Positions 62,501-64,000 of a stretch of DNA of 64,000 bases are shown here, one piece after another. The notes under the pieces were generated by a model that saw only the letters and a program-made list of their open reading frames with translations, was not told the origin of the DNA and did not search any database. The translations under genes and the position numbers were made by a program. Position 1 is the first letter of the stretch; each line of letters begins with the position of its first letter. The stretch is from Geosiphon pyriformis uo1 (Eukaryota; Fungi; Glomeromycota): the NCBI GenBank assembly GCA_016748015.1, contig JAAOMT010000591.1, positions 137,532-201,531 of the forward strand, written 5' to 3'.

Positions 62501-64000
62501 CTTAACCAAACTAAGAGCATTCCTGGGATTTGCTGAATACTACTACCACTTTATCAAAGACTTTTCTAAACTGGCTCAGCCATTACACTAGCTTCAATCA
62601 AAGAACACCAAATATAAATGAATAGAAAACCAGCAAGAAGCATTCAACATATTAAAAAGAAAGTTTATTCAAGCTCTAATGTTAATGTATTCAGATTACA
62701 GCAAATCATTCATTATCACCACCAATGCATCAGGCCAAGTATTGGGAGCAGTACTATTACAGAGAGGACTAGATAGAAGAGAACATCCAGTAGCATATGC
62801 CAGCCAAAGTTTGAGTCCAGCAGAAAAGAACTATAGAACACCAGTATTAAAACACTTAGCAATCTACTAGGCAGTTATGAAATGAAAAAAATACTTAAGC
62901 CAGAAATTTGACATATATATTGATCACAAAAGATTGACATCAATTCAGAAACAAGAATTTAAAGATAATTGTCATGCTAGATAGAAAATAGAACTGTCAC
63001 TATTTAATTATACAGTACATTACAAAAAAAGAAAAAAAATGGAAATGCCAATGGCTTGTTATGAATGACACAAATCTAAAAACATTTCAACCCAAAAATA
63101 TAACAAAAAATAAATATACAAAAATACCAACAACTCTAATATTACATAAATATCCAATTGTTCAAGGAGAAATTATCTCAAAAAGAACAAAATAACATAA
63201 AACAACAATTAAAATATTTTATTAACCATCAAAATATACTTTACCAAAAGAACAAAAGAAATTCAGATCAACTAACCAGAGTAATTACAGAACCAGAGAA
63301 AGAGACAATATTATTCAACATGTACTCAAATCCAACAGCAGAACATTTTCACAAAGAAGCAACCATGAAAAAAATCAGAAAAAGATACTATTAGCCATCT
63401 ATGTATCCAAACATCATTCAATATGTTCAAAATTGTGATGCTTGTCAAAAAAAAAAAGGAACAAAGCTAAGTGAGCTATTAAAACCAATCAAAGTGGGAC
63501 AACCATTTGATTACATTGAAATTAACTTAGTCAGACCATTGACAATAACCAGTAGAGGAAACAGATATATTGTAGTAGCCATGAACTATCTTACAAAATG
63601 GCCAGAAGCAAAAGCCATTCAAAGAACAGATGCAAAATCTGTTGCCAAATTTATTTATTAAGATTTGATCTGTTAATACAGATGTCCAAAAAAGCTATTA
63701 TTAGACCAAAAAACTTACTTTGTAAACAAAACATTGGCAGAATTAAGTCAAATATTTGGAATCAAAAGACCATTATTGTTACCATACCATCCACAAACAA
63801 ATGGGTTAGTCAAAAGGTTTAACAGAACATTGTATAAAGCAATTGCCAAAATTAGCCAAAAAAATCAAGACGAATGGAATTTGTTCATACCATTAGTATT
63901 ATTTGCTTATCAAACAATAAAACAAGACACTACACAAACAACATCATTTGAATTGGTATATGGCAGAACAGCAACACTACCAGTTGAGATAGAAGTCAAA
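56583..64000 (+). mobile_element. E8: family B element running off the window; LTR end, PBS and gag start deleted
   Basis: B2 LTR from TGTTAC at 56583 to ~57380, fused to gag. PR at 59437, dUTPase at 60882, RT at 62259, RNase H stop at 63077-63079 and integrase from 63110. Confidence 0.92.

Overview
AT-rich eukaryotic DNA made almost entirely of transposon sequence, with no host gene recognisable. The protein style resembles Glomeromycotina (Geosiphon-like) repeats, but this is from recollection and was not checked. The window is a nest of at least eight Ty3/Gypsy LTR retrotransposons (E1-E8, families A and B), plus a solo LTR, two LTR fragments and an interrupted LINE. Three family B elements (E3 8598-18726, E5 27770-47874, E6 35497-45615) have both LTRs, a PBS, a PPT and 4-bp target-site duplications (TSDs); E6's TSD is recognisable only after allowing two C>T changes. 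All copies are decayed by dense C>T/G>A transitions. Comparing copies reconstructs an unusual three-cistron element of about 10 kb. Cistron 1 is a Gag-PR-Cys-rich-dUTPase-RT-RNaseH polyprotein that apparently starts at GUG and stops right after RNase H. Cistron 2 is a separate integrase ORF with its own ATG. Cistron 3 is a conserved ~210-aa non-env ORF3, preceded by its own TATA box in family B and ending at the PPT. The ORF3 variant tracks the type of palindromic repeat array in U3, suggesting a possible cognate trans-regulator/binding-site system. U5 also carries a sequence complementary to the PBS. Coordinates were read by hand and domain limits are approximate.
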